The notes under the pieces are model-generated. The model did no database searches. It was not told where the DNA came from and worked only from the letters and a program-made list of their open reading frames with translations. Positions 13,371 through 27,144 of a DNA stretch of 64,000 bases are shown one piece after another. Position 1 is the first letter of the stretch. Each line of letters opens with the position of its first letter. This DNA is from Paramecium tetraurelia (lineage: Eukaryota): the NCBI GenBank assembly GCA_000165425.1, contig CT868039.1:1-64000 (forward strand), read 5' to 3'. The position numbers and the translations under genes were made by a program.

Positions 13371-14801
13371 ATGTAATCAATAGAGAAAGAAGAAGTAAAA
13401 TTATAAATTTCTAAATGAGATTCCTTACTTTAAATTTTGTTAGAAACTGGGTGGTGTTAAAATGAAAGATATTTACATTTCACCCACTAAGGCTGCAACA
13501 TTTCTCCATTTAATAAATAACGTAAGTGTCTCATTTGATTATCAATAGAAATGCCCAAAATAAACAGCAATTCAATTCGCATAAAGGAGGATTTGCAAAT
13601 GGGACACGACAATCAAAATGGATGGCCCTAGTACATGTCGTATTTTGAAACCAAAAGATAACAAGGAGGTAATGCCAGTATATAACTACTTTAGAAAAGG
13701 ATTAATGGATGGTAGAATATTGGCTTGGAGATGTATTATGACAATAAGACAACTATTGCTGATAAAAATTAATTGGAGTTAGATTTAGATAACGACGCAA
13801 TTTAAAAATAAATTGAAAAGAATGAAATGAAACTAAAGAATGATTTTAAAAACAAAATTGCTCATTTGTAATAGTTCTACAAAGATCTTAATCAGAAGTA
13901 TTGTTTTAAGTCAAGCGATCCTGATTTCAAAAACAAAATTAGTAAAGCCAAACTCGATTTACTAAATAGTAGGAGTTAATCAATCAAATATTTCAAAACC
14001 AAAGGAATGAAGTACATAGAAATTTATAATGAATCAAATAAAAAGAGTACTAATAATAATACAACTGAGGGTCTACTCAAACGAATGCGTGTATTCAATT
14101 AACTAAAAACAGATTAATATAGAGTAAAGGAGAAATCGATGGCAGATATTTATAAATAAAAGAAAGAAAATCAAAGTCCAACTCACAAAGAACTGCAACA
14201 TGATATTAACATCTATGATAATATGGAATTATAGAGTGAATAGATGCTGAAGATCATTGACCAAAGCAATGAGTTTTCAATGAAACTTAGAAGGAATGAC
14301 TTGAAACCAGTAGTATCATAAAAGGCTTTAGTGTTTGCTGATGATTTTAATCGAGCCAAATATTTATTCAATTTGACTAAACAGAATCAGATATAAAAGA
14401 TGTTTGAAATACCTGAAGTGCCATAACTCGTGATTCCTTAGAGTAGTCAATCAATACGATTGAAAAAGAATCTATCATCTCCAACTAGTTTGGATGAGTA
14501 ATTCGATAATTGTCTAACTTAATATGCTCGTGAAGTTCTGGAATATTAACAAGAATTTTAAGAAAAAGAGATCTCAACTGATAATATTGAGAAACTGCTG
14601 CAAGGGAAAGAGATTTTGAGATGCAGTCAAATGAGAAAGGTATCTAGGACATATCATTCTCCTCAGCCTAGTGTTCGATTAGATTCTAGTCGACAGTTGA
14701 GACAATAGCAGTTATCTTCTAGAGATAGGGAATCTACAAAAGCTGGGAATTCCATTCATCAAAAATCAAGAACATATGCTGTTAGTCCGTTTTGTAAATG
14801 A
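13371..14801 (+). CDS. Hypothetical protein
   Basis: Continuous code-6 frame with three short 5' introns; ends SPFCK-TGA. Confidence 0.75.
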
Positions 14802-14902
14802 TTTTATTATTTTTATATATTCACTTATGGAGCAATACTAATTATTTTAATGATTATTTAGCAATATCTACTTTTGCTTGACGGTACTTATGAAATAATA
14901 TA

Positions 14903-17466
14903 ATGTAATAAAGGGCTCGTTCGTTAATTGCTAGATAATATTACAAAAATAAATATGGTCCATAATTGATAGAGGATGACAATGTTTTGGATGTTCAGAT
15001 AGGAGATGATAATACGTAATTTGAATATTTACTATACAACTAGATTACAAGCTAGATAAGGGTTGGTAATCACAATAAATTCAGACGATGATGAACCTAA
15101 ACATAAACATTCCATCTCCAACTTTTCAGAGACTGTTGTTAAAAAATAGGAATGTGCATTGTAAAAATTTGAAGATCGAAACAGTACTTCACAATTGCAA
15201 CTCACTTTACAATAACAATTATAAACCTAAACTGACATCTTCAAATAGCAATAAAATTATGGTACCAGTTCCCTTGACAGTATGTCACAATTGTAAAAAT
15301 CACTTTCATAGATTAAAATCTAATAACCTCAACCACCTTCAAATGTGAGTAATTTAAAATAACCTCAATAAGTTAAATAACAATAATAGGTTAGACAGCC
15401 TATTACTAAAGGCATTGGAGATTAGAATCAAAAAAATAATGAGAAGTAAAAGCAAAGAGTCATATCAATTCCTGATCAGATTTAAACTAAAATGAATATA
15501 GAATCTGATGAAGAGGAAGTACAGATGAATAAGATACCCAGAAAACAAGTTAGGCCAAATGATGATGAGACTCTGCCCTAAATTCATTTCAAAAAGAAAC
15601 CAGACTTTTTTACATAATTGAAATAGAAGGTATTAGTCCTATTTATAATTTGACAGATCACACAACCGTTAAATGAAAATACAGCTTTGTAGATCTAATA
15701 TAAATATAAGCAAAGAGATGAACAATCTCCAGAAAATGAAAAACCTCAAAATGTTGCACCTGTCTCTTATTAAGATTTTATTGCCATGAAGAATAGAGAG
15801 ATCAATGCTGCAAAATAAAGAAAGCAAGATGAGGAATATCGAAAGTAGTTGTTACAATAAAAGAAACAAGAAAAAGTAGCACCTGATAAAATAAGAGAAG
15901 GGGAGACTTTGCAATAATATCAATAGAGAATGATAGAGTATTTGCACAAATAGAATAAATACAAGAATAAGAAGAAGTACAAGAGAGGCACTGATTTGGA
16001 TAATAAAAAAACAGCTGAAGAAAAACAAAAGATTAGCGAATTGATGAAGATGATTGATCCCAATTTTTAATAAGACGATATTGATGAAAAACCATTCAAG
16101 CCTGATCTATTAAATTATGATGTCTTACTTAAGAATGGTTTAATCTTGAAATAAGCATTTGTAAAACCACCAGAACCTGACATCAATCCCATGCTCAATG
16201 TTTACAAAAGAGGCAGATATGCAACTGAATTCATTTTTAGTGGTGGAATAGATATGGATGATGGTCCTTATGGATAATAATCAAAAAAGAAATCTAAGAA
16301 ATTGCCATTCCCAAAACATAGATTAAGTTTATCTCCTTGGGAATACTATGGCGTGGGACCTGAGGAATATTTTGCTACCAGAAATCCTAATTTTGAATTC
16401 AAGTAGAAATACGTTCCTGTTAAGGATTATTATAATGAAATGCCAAGACCTAAGCAAAATCCTAAATACTTTAGTTATGATGTAGATTAATTATTGGCTA
16501 AACGGTACTAATCTATCCATCTAGAATATTAATATTAAACTTCTTTTATTGGTTATAAATAAAGACATTGGACACCTGCCTCTCATTTGAAAGCTGTTTG
16601 TCCTAATTTAGTATAAGAGTATGAGAAATACGAAAGAGATAGGTTGTTTTGTTATATTGTTTGTGCTAAGGTATCTAAATATTAACTCATTGAAACTGTT
16701 GGCATCTTGACTTCAAAATACACCAAAAACAAAATAGAGAATTTGGTTATGACTTATTGGAAGGGTGATTCTAAAGGAGAGAAAAAAACTATATCGAATT
16801 TAGAGAGGCAGGTGCCGTAGGAGTAAATTCAACAAATAGATGAAATGGAGATGTTCCAAGAGGATGATGATGAAGAAAAGGATAAGAAGAAAAGAACAAG
16901 TAAAGAGCAAAGACATTTAGAAGATGAATGGGATCCCACAAAAGATGGAAGCAACAGAAAGAGGAAAAAGGAACAAATTAAGAAAAGAAAAGTTTTCAAG
17001 AATAGCAGAGGAATTAAAATTAAAACAATAAATTTAACCAGAAAAAAATTAGAAACCGAAAAAGAACGATGCAGAAGGAGATCAAATGGAAGAAGAAAAT
17101 TAAGCAAAAGATGAAAATTAGCCATCTTAATCAAAAAAGGTATTAAAAAAGTAAAAGAGAACGAAGAAAAAGAAACAAGAATAATCTAAGTAAGTTGTAG
17201 AATAAGAAGCAAATCAATTTGAATAGTAATTCTAATAAGAATAACGAAATGACAATGAAGCAAGGTCAAAAGAAGATAGTGAGGAATAAGTATTTTAAGA
17301 CAATGAAGATTTAGTTTTCAAAGCCAAAATGATCGAATTCAATTAAAAGAGATTCAACTTCACTGGAACTGATGTTGATTTGTAAGAGAGCATGAAATTG
17401 GTTTTTCCAAACAATTAGCAATAAAAATTGGATTCAGAGAGATATAAATAATTTATATAGAAATGA
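14903..17466 (+). CDS. Large low-complexity protein with a divergent chromodomain (~16475-16630); apparent +1 frameshift at ~16935
   Basis: YDVDQLLAKR...EYQYQTSFIGYKQRHWTPASHLKAVCPNLVQEYE; introns near 15017 and 15630; Q/E-rich tail continues in the +1 frame to TGA at 17464-17466; start uncertain. Confidence 0.75.
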
Positions 17467-17495
17467 ATTATCTAATTATCAAATTCAATTTAAAA

Positions 17496-19048
17496 TCATA
17501 TATGAATCAATTTCCTAGTCCTGTCTATTGGTTACAATGTTAATTTAGACCAAGCTTCACTTTGATCTGCATTTTCATCGATCAAAGTCAACAATTCTTC
17601 TCTTTTTAATAATTTACACTAAATCAAATTCTAATGATTTACATCTAAATTAACTATGCAATGCCACATCAATTTAGCATACTTATTTCTCATCTATGGA
17701 TCTGCTTCCCTCCCCAAACTCTCAATTTTGATTGTAATTTTCTTTGCTTATTCTTCTTCCTATCCCTAACAATTAAACTAATTCTAACATATTCAGACAA
17801 ACTTTTCTTCTTAATGGTTAATCTGGTATTTCATTTTTCTTTTAGGTTTTTTTCTAATTTACTACATCCTACTTAACTAGTTTAGGTTATTCATTAACAA
17901 TCTTCTTTTCCTCTATTTTTGCCTCTTCATTTGAGACTTATTCCTTTTTCTGTTGATTAGGTGGATTGTTAATAGTATTATTGTTATTACTATTTTACAC
18001 AGAGACATTTTCAGGAATTTAAGTGTTGCATTCAACAGTCTATGCTTTTTATTCAGTTTTATCAATCTTTCTTTACCTTTTGGTTTATTCAGTGGATGAT
18101 TTTTATTGTGGCGCTTACTAAACTGGTGCTTTCTTTTCTATACATGAGATTGATTAAGTACCTCTACTCTGATTAGTGCAAACTTCTGATAGGCTTTAAA
18201 TAATAGTTGCAGAATTGAAAAACTGATTCAATAGAGAATTCTTTAATTTGCTAATTAAATCATGCAATCTTGTTATTTATTAATGAATATCCCTTTAAAA
18301 AAAGTGATCGGGATTTTATTCGCTTTGATGTTTCAATATTAAATAGACAGCATTAAGAATGGAACCTTTCCTTTCGGATAAGACTTCTGTGATAGTACTA
18401 TTTTGAGTCACTTGTGCTTCGATAGTATCGAGGATTGGTGTCAATTTCTATTTGATTTAATCGTAATTCAATTGAGCTGCTATCAATAGTAATAATAAAT
18501 CTTAGAATTCTCGGTCTAGATATTGTTTTTTCTATTGCATCTAAGGAGTTTCTTACAATGGAGATTTTTAGGTATTCTCATTAAAATTATACATACATCT
18601 TTGTTAGGAGTCTCCGGTTTTTTGGGTTATTTTCGCAAATTTCGTTTATTCATGGTGCCTTTCTTTTTGTCCTCTTATTCAACGTGCTTTATTTTTTTTT
18701 CTAATGATGAAAGAACTATACTTTAGAGTTTTTAAGCGGTTTAAATTGCTTCCTTCAATTTTTTATTCTTCTTCACTTTTTCATTGAATTCTTCAAATTT
18801 TTCTTAAAAATCATACAGATTATCACTCATCAATATGGAGCTATATATATTGTGAATGTACCCTTACTGTGAATCATCACCAATGAAATTAATGGCATAC
18901 TAATTTCCATCGAATACTTGGGTAATCTTAATAAGATAAATAAATATTACAATTCCAGGCCACCATGGATCTAAATATATTTATTATAATATTTACGTCC
19001 TTTTGTTCTAGCCCAGACTATTTGTTTCTTCTTGAGACTTGACTTCAT
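17496..19048 (-). CDS. PWWP-domain protein with a C-terminal TFIIS-central-like helical domain; +1 frameshift at ~17760
   Basis: IVWARTKGHPWWPG...YAINFIGDDSH assembled over three introns; C-terminal LRRKVCLNML...KIESLGREADPQMRNKY. Confidence 0.85.
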
Positions 19049-19099
19049 ATTATTAATAAAATATTAAAATATATATATATTTATTGTTATTATTATCAA

Positions 19100-20087
19100 T
19101 CAATGCAACAGTCCATGTTTCAATTCCTTTTGATTCATTCTAAACTGCATGCCTCCAACATTCAAATTGATTTTACAACGTCCATTGACGCTAATCGCTG
19201 GGTACAATTCCAGATTCTCTCCCATACTCAAAACCAAGGCCTTCCTGGTCTCCTCAATCTCCTTATTCTTATTATTCAAGTCTATAAAATAATTAATTCA
19301 ATGTGATCACCAATATCAATTTCACTATCTGCATCCTCCTTCTTTTTCTCCTTCTCCATGTCCTCCTAACTCTTGCCCTCACTTGGTGGTGGAGGATTCA
19401 AGAATTTCCCATTGTCAACTCAACCACACTCTCCCATCCTTCTATCTAATACCAATTCCTATTGTTTCCCCATAGACAGCTTGAAACTTATGATGTTGAT
19501 GTAAATTGTTCCCCTAAAACACTTGGCCTGTCAATGAATGGAATCCTACACTGGTCTAGGTACGACCCAAAGAAAACTGCTTCTGATACTCCTTAGATGA
19601 ACAAAACCCTATTATGATGTCACAGTTTCTTGGATTGTCTTCTATCTCAATCTCAAAATAGGATGTGGCGTCTCTTGCCATTGGCTTGTCTGCTCTTATG
19701 GTTAATGTTTCCCCAGGCTTGCACAGGAAGGTCAACTCGATGTACTATCCGTAATAATCTGAAGTTCGCTGCTTCTTATATACTTTCTTTTTGCTGTTAC
19801 TTCACGAGATCATCATTGGGTTCCTCCTTATTCTCATACAGTTTCCAGAATCGAAATTTGTTTCGTTGAGCAAACCCAATCCTCTCCCTCGGAATTCCAC
19901 TCTCTGGTCTCTAAGAATATTCCTAATACACCCTATATTATCGATATTTTAAGTAGCCAAAAACCAGGCCAGCTATCCCTACCAAACTGCCTACTATTAT
20001 TCCAGTGATCAACAACCAATGAGATCCAGATGATGCAGAATTTTCAGCCTCCAAATGGGTTATGTGATTTAAAAATTTATTTTACAT
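19100..20087 (-). CDS. Single-pass membrane protein with a SPRY domain (Ssh4-like layout); 1-nt insertion at 19416
   Basis: TM segment WLLITGIIVGSLVGIAGLVFGYL; YFEIEI, SVGFHSLTG, YGETIGIG and LYPAISVNGRCKINLNVG motifs; two short introns. Confidence 0.85.
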
Positions 20088-20179
20088 AAAATATATATAA
20101 TTGTAATTAATAATAATTTAAACTATAATTATTGATCCTAACCACCATTTTATTTAATCTGATCTTAAGGCTATCAAAT

Positions 20180-22320
20180 ATGCAAGATTAGCAATTCGCT
20201 AATCTACTAACCTAAAACACCAAGATGATGATGATGATTGACATTATTTCCAGTAAATGCCCTAACAAAACACAGTTCATTTAGTCAAGCAATACATTCG
20301 TATAAGCATTCACTACCTATTCCATATTATATTTAAAAGTCTTTTAGGGTAAATTCTTACTAATCGAAAGATTCTTCTCAATCGTGGAAATGGTATGTTC
20401 AACAACTCTTTTTTGAATATCAAATGATATCATATAGTTGGTAACCGAAAGTGTAAATAATTTGACGTAAAAAATATAGGTATTTTATAAGAGAAAAGAA
20501 AATTATTTTTTATGGCAAAAATGAGATCAATATAATATATAAAATCCAGTTCAATTTATGACTATTACAAAAATCATGATTCCTAATTATTTAAAAATAA
20601 ATAAATTAATTATATAAATACATCGAGATTATGTAGTTCAAATCAGACTCATTTGATAGTGAATTAACGGAGTATCTCCAAATAGAACAGGAATTTGAAA
20701 TTAAATAGTTGTTTAAACAACTGAAAGTTTAAAATTAATAGTTGCCGAATAAAAAGTCTAAAAAAATTAAGAAGTTGAAACTAAACATTCAAACGAATTC
20801 AATTATGTAAAGAAGAAATGTAAACGTACAATAAATTTGATATAATTTGTATATAAACTTCTCTATTCTATTTATTAGTGATATCAGTATGATTTTATTA
20901 TTCCTCTCCCCCTCTTAATTGTTACTTGATTTCCTTATCATTACTAATAGATAAGCAAAATTATTTGTTTCTATTGAAAGCTGAATAAATTTATCGATTG
21001 TTGTTCATTTAAATTAACTCAATCATTATATATATATTATGATTCCTGATTAGATGAATTAGTGATTCAAAATATATATATCTTAGTGGAATTTATAGTT
21101 ATAACTAGACAGCTTGCTTCTACATTTTGAAATATTGTTGTATATTTAATTCAATTACAGTTTTATTTTAGACATAATTCGTATAATCCAACAATATAAT
21201 ATAAACGCATTTTAAAAAGTCTATTTATAATATAAACTTCATATATTTCTCTTTTTTATTTCATAACAACTAATAATAAGCTAGAAATGTAAAGTAAAAT
21301 GTTCTAAATATCTAATGAAGAATAGGAAATACTCCTATTTCTTGATTTTAAAAATGAATAATTAAATGAGAAATAATTTTACTGGACAATTTATTTTTTT
21401 TGTTGTTATTCACTTCAATTCTTATTTTTATGTTCCCTTATTGTAACTATGAAGCCTTTTATAAGAGAATAACTCTTTCTCTTAATAAGATTTGTACATT
21501 ATCTATATGTACTTGAGAGCACTATTTTATTTATTTAGAAATCAATATATTTTAATTTACAGTATTATGTTTAATATAAAATATTTGAGTATAAAGATTT
21601 TGGCAAGTTATAGTATATGAAATCAAAAGCAAATGATAATTATTATATTTAAAAAGAATTTAAATGAATAAGAAATAAATTTGTAAAGAAAAACAAGTCA
21701 ATTTTGGAATTAAATGAGGAATACTAATTGTAGATCGAACTTTATTTAATAATATATTTTTAAAGAAATAATATATGTTCAAAAAAAAGCAGTAAGCAAA
21801 TTTAATTAGAAAAATACTTGTTAAGTTGTGCCAAATAAAAGGATATAATCGAATTGACTTCTCAATTTGATCTCTAATAAGAAAAAGAAAACTTGTTATA
21901 GGGAAATCTTATGTAGATATATGAAATGAGAGTAATTTGCAAATTTACGAACTACAGAGTTTATATGTATATTAAAATGATTACATTTTATATAAACAGA
22001 AATACTTAGCAGAAAGGAAAACTACTTCATAAATGAATAGCTCATTAGATAAGTTATTATCAAATCTTAATTCCACTTTTAATGAGTAATATTCTTGTTA
22101 GAAATAATTATTTACCATTTATATTAAATGTCTCACAAGAAATCAAAATAATTCCATTATATTCTAATAAAGTTGAAGGCTATTTTTAAATATTAACACT
22201 CCACTCTCTCTATTTAATAGATGGCTCTTCAATAAATTACCTAACTCAATTTATTGATATAGAAAAACATTAAAAATGAATTTAATTAGGTATTATTGTA
22301 TATCAATATTATAAATGTAT
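20180..22320 (+). pseudogene. Degenerate membrane-protein-like gene ('gene X'), copy 1
   Basis: Coding-like stretches (MIDIISSKCPNKTQFIQSSNT; EEQEILLFLDF..FYWTIYFFCCYSLQFLFLCSL) interrupted by TGAs and frame changes; boundaries approximate. Confidence 0.5.
20527..21638. repeat. Near-identical inverted-repeat tract A; partner 48109-49163
   Basis: Reverse complement matches base by base apart from scattered substitutions and three short indels. Confidence 0.95.
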
Positions 22321-22344
22321 ATAATGAATGGAAAAACCTTCAAC

Positions 22345-24609
22345 TCAGATTGTTTCTACTTGCAAAGGCTAAATTCTGGCAGTTGAAACGGATTTCTAAT
22401 TAATCTAATTTTACCATACTTATTAAAATTCCTTTTCAAGTTCTCTCAACAATTTCACCTTGAGAGCATCGTAAAATTTTGCTTACCTTGAAAATTTATG
22501 CAAGTGCAATCCCTCAATTAATTATTATTCGTCTACTTCCTAATCTTCGTTAAGCCAAAGCGTTTCATCTATGAGTGGATTATATTTTGAGTATGAGCTG
22601 TTATGCTCAAGGCTCCTCATTAAGGTTCCATTCGTTGAATCTTATTTTGCCTCCTTTTTAAAAAACCAACTTGTCAATAAAAATAATGCTATCAACAGAA
22701 ACGAAAGAAAAATTGAAGTATATAATTAGTATCGAGTATAAATAGAAACTTTCAATACAGCATGAATAATTTGACTTGAACATATTTAAAGCATAATAGA
22801 AAAATATATATAAAGTTTAAACATGCGAAATTCTAATTTTAAATCTTTTCTAACTCCATAATTTATAAGCTAATACTTATCGATCCAGTAGATAATCATT
22901 AATTCTATGAGAGTAATAGGATAACATATGGGAAATATATACCCATAATAGAAGCATAAATGAATTAAAATATTTGTCTAAGTGTTTTTTACATTGAAAT
23001 TCATTTTTTTTTAAACTTTTTAGTTAGCTTAAAATTATGTTAAATTTGAATTTGTATTTAAATATTTGTAATATGTAATTTGGATTAATTGCCAAGCATA
23101 TTTATAGTCTATTATACTCAATATAATAGGAATGAGAGCATTATTCAATATTGTGCTAATAACATCCTCGCTAAATCCACCAGCACACCAAATTGGTGAT
23201 TTTCTTTCTTTTACATCCTGCTAATTAATACTATTGATAGGAGCAATTATATAATAAGTCAAATTTAGAGTTAATTAAAGAAATTCTGATAAAATTAAAA
23301 GAAGGTTATTATAAAAAATTTCTTACATCTCTTTGTGAAAACTTAAATGAAAGTGAAACATAATTTTTATGGTAATAAAAGAAATAGCTGCCACAGATAA
23401 GCTAATTAGTGAATTAATATTTGATTGATATCCACTTTTTCCTGAATTTGCTTAAATATATTCATTTTTTGTTTATATAATTTTTAAAAATGGAATCCAT
23501 AATGCGCTGGCTATTAAAAATTTGAGAAAAGCCTTTTTCAGATTTATTTATCGGAATTATTTTTTTGTTTTCCAATTAACATCTGAAGGCCTTGGACATT
23601 CAGTTATTGAACAATTTCTCCTGATTTTGTTTTTAAATTTAATGGCCTAATTCTTAAATTAATGACAAGAGGATTTTTACTTCATTAGAGAGAGTTAGAA
23701 AAACTCTACCAGTAAATTGCAAAAATAATTCTCGATTTTGCAGAACAAAAATCTAATCAACAGTTGTTCTTAGAACATCTTTCAAAGAGCTAAAATAATA
23801 AATTGAAAAATCAACATATCACTATTTTAAGCAAGAATTTCCCTTATTTTAACTTTTAATTAGTTTTCTAAATGCTCTTAATCATAAATTAAACAACAAT
23901 CAATAATGTTAAACTACACTCCTTCCCCTTCTAATTACTGGTTTACAAAATAATTCATTATTTGTTTTTTGCTAGATTCGCTTGGAAAAAATAAAATCTC
24001 CATAGAGCAGGATTTTATTGCTGATTCATCATCTATTTCGTGATCTAAATTATGATAATCATATTCAGAATATGATAGATATCGAATGAAGGCTAATTGG
24101 ATAAAAATAGAGACCAAGTATAAACTGTCCAAAAGGTTATCCTGAAAACTTATCATAAGACTGCATATTACTAGTCAGAATCCATCCTATTTAAAATTGA
24201 TAAATAATTGTTAAGAGTTTTTTTACAGGTTTCATTGTTCATGCATGAATATCCTTTTTAGTTCTAGATCAAATTGTATATTCCAGCAACAATACTATTA
24301 ATAGTCATTAAAATTACAAATTTATAGTTAGAAGGATAAATTAAATTTGTATCATCAAAAAGTATTTGTAGGCGGTACCATGTGCAATAAATATATCTAT
24401 ATCAGTTGAGAGGGGGTAATTTATAGTTTAAATGGGTTAATTGCAACAAGGACATCTTTTTGAATTTCTTAGAATTTCTTTATGAATAATTTAAGCTTTC
24501 TATTTGTAAATAATTTGTAATTTACTCGATGATTCTCTGCGAATTCGAAGTTTGGTGGTGATCTTAACAAATTTACTTACTCATTAAATTCTAATCCATT
24601 TGTATCCAT
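22345..24609 (-). CDS. Multi-pass membrane protein, OSCA/TMC-superfamily-like, paralog 1
   Basis: MDTNGLEF..PPNFEFAENH..CPCC N-terminus, CPRPSDVNW motif, many hydrophobic helices; introns at positions shared with 45021-47269. Confidence 0.78.
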
Positions 24610-24759
24610 TTTTATAATTAAATATTTTAAGTAAATAAAAAGTAGAGAAATAAATATATTCTATTCTACTAAATGAAAAGTTTAAGAACATTAATTTAAG
24701 ATTCAAGAAAATTGATCCAAACTTATAATGCATCACCTTATAAAGATTTTGGCTCAATA

Positions 24760-25814
24760 TCATATAAAAGCTTGAAAAAAAAAAAGGAAATGATAATTTT
24801 ACAATTGTGATAAATCTTCATCATTTAATAAATAGTATAAATAATTAACATCTTGAATTATTGATATTTGGATTACATTTAGAAATGGCGCATCAATTTT
24901 GGAAGAATTTGAACTTATTTTAATTCTTGAAATCAAACTTAATTAAGATTTATAAGAAATTAGAGAGATTAATTATTTTGATTAAAATTCGATTTTTAGA
25001 AATATAACATTTCGCTATAGAAGTAAGTTTGTTAATTCCTTGATCTACCCAATAAATTGATAAAAAGGCAATGGAGTTCCTAAATTGGTGATTTCAGGTG
25101 TCGGCAATCTGGTTTCTAGGAGTTGAGGAAAGCCTTAAAAAATTGAGTTAAGTTATAACTTCATTTTAGATAAAATTTAAATACTTAAAAAAGATCTCCT
25201 CCGATATTCCCCCAAATTGTCTTATGATTTGTATATGATAGATTTCCAATTATATTTGCAAATCCAACCGTGTATAATGTCATAATTAATAGTAATAATA
25301 ATAATAATACAATATTTAATCTGGCATAATGGGATTGCAATTTCATCATTATTTTTATTGAAATTTAAAACTATTTATTTAAAATCTTTTATCCTTTTTT
25401 CAGATCCTCTAATTATCCTTTCAAAACATTTAATTCTTTTTCATAATCTATCTTCTCCAATTTCTTTTTTATCTATAAAACCCGTTTTTTTTCTCTATTG
25501 TTCTCTCGAATTGTAGGATGGGAAAAATAGGCTTTTAGATTTTCTTTTGATTTTATTTTGAATCCATATTTATTGAGTTACCTCATTAGACTTTGGTAAT
25601 TATTGTGTTTGAAGTTGGAAGTCAGCAATTGTTTCTTAAATTCTTCAACATTCCAAATAACAAACCTATGTTCATCCCATCCTATAATCTAATAATTTTT
25701 AGGATTCTAATTTATACATGTAAATCATACATCAAGTATTTCATATAAATGCTTCAAAAATTTTTATCTTTGCTTCTCTCCATTAGTTTCGAATCCCTTC
25801 TGAAGTTCCTTCAT
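24760..25814 (-). CDS. HSF-type DNA-binding protein; possibly decaying (stop-loss and lost splice acceptor)
   Basis: KFLKHLYEILD|intron|..IIGWD..FVIWNVEEF..FKHNNYQSLMRQLNKYGF..FSHP followed by a coiled coil; the codon matching the paralog's stop reads CGA at 25012-25014. Confidence 0.8.
24897..25510. repeat. Near-identical inverted-repeat tract B; partner 44120-44735
   Basis: For example ggtgatttcaggtgtcggcaatctgg is the reverse complement of the sequence at ~44520-44545. Confidence 0.95.
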
Positions 25815-27144
25815 CAATTAGTAAATTATTTTAGGTATAGGAATTTTTTATTACAATCAATAGATAATATAAATATGTTTAAAAATCAAGATTATGGATC
25901 TAACAATTATTAGAATAATTCTCATTATTTTAATAAAGTGCAATTCATGTATGATTTAACGAATAATTGCTGATTTGCAATCAATACTAAAATTAGTAAT
26001 CCTTCTTTAATAATTCTGATTTCCTAGCTATTTACTAATGTATATTTGTCAAATTCTAATTATAAAATTCTTTTAATAAATAGTTTAAGATATTCTGATA
26101 TTCTTAAGTCCCTATGTTATTCATTAGGATTGAATATATGATTATATCGATTCTTCTTTTGAAAACTTTGAATATTCTAAAATATTTTAGGTAGCATCGT
26201 CCTATTTCTTCGAGCTGTTTGGTTGAAAATCTAATGAATTTACATACTTTTCTTTCTAAAGAATTATGTAGCCATTTATTGTATCCTACACTAAGTAAAT
26301 AATATTAGATTTAAAATAGATTTAGACTTAATCAAAAAGACCTGTTGGAACATCCAGTTGTCTAAAATAAATATTTGATCACTTAAGTCAAGTTGAATTT
26401 ATCACTCTATGGTTATATTGAAAATTCTATAATTTCATATTTTATTTTCTAAATTCTAAAATCTCAAAATCATTTTCATGCTGACCCTTACCTCAATATA
26501 TTAAATTGTTATAAAATTGGGTTTCCTTCTTAATTAATCAATTTCTAAATGATATTTCAAAATATAAGAGAAATCCACATATATATGCTTTATCTATCTT
26601 AACATAATATTCAAAAGTAACCAAAACCAAAAGTTGTAATATTTTTAATATGATTTAAAAAATAGAATAGTGTATATTTAAACCCAGTTGATATCTTTCT
26701 ACATATTTTATGTGTGGCTTTTATTCTTCTAGCACAAGTTGAACTATTAAAGGTATTTGGATTCTGAGGGGGTTTTTGAAAGTAAAATGGATATGACTGA
26801 ACTTTTAGAATTGATTTAGTTGATTTACTTGGGAAGGTTCAAAAAACACTATATAATTATGTAAATGAGTATTATTAATCATTCTTTGTTGCTACTACTA
26901 TGAATTGTTTCTAGATTGAGTCGCTTCTAACATTTTTAAGGATTAGAAAATTGATGAAAGTTTTCAACTTGCTTAATAAAGCTAAATAGTAGAAAAACTG
27001 AATCTCAGGTAACCTGATTATTATTTGAAAATACACCTGAACTAAGAGAGGTATGATAAGACCTGTTATTTACGATATTTGATTTAATAATAATACACAC
27101 ACATTTAGTCATTATTTCTTGGGTTTTCTCCAGAAATTAGAAAT

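Noticed and set aside
14798..14801. A second possible ATGA overlap
   Set aside because: The frame opened by this ATG closes after about 27 codons and does not join the downstream gene
16935..17760. Euplotes-style programmed +1 frameshifting
   Set aside because: That mechanism needs AAA followed by a TAA/TAG stop. TAR encodes Gln here, and the sites share no slippery motif.
19412..19420. In-frame TGA as selenocysteine or readthrough
   Set aside because: The downstream domain is in another frame, so this is an indel; I recognised no SECIS element
19740..19790. Apparent frameshift in the SPRY gene
   Set aside because: Explained by a 25-nt intron, gtatataagaagcagcgaacttcag
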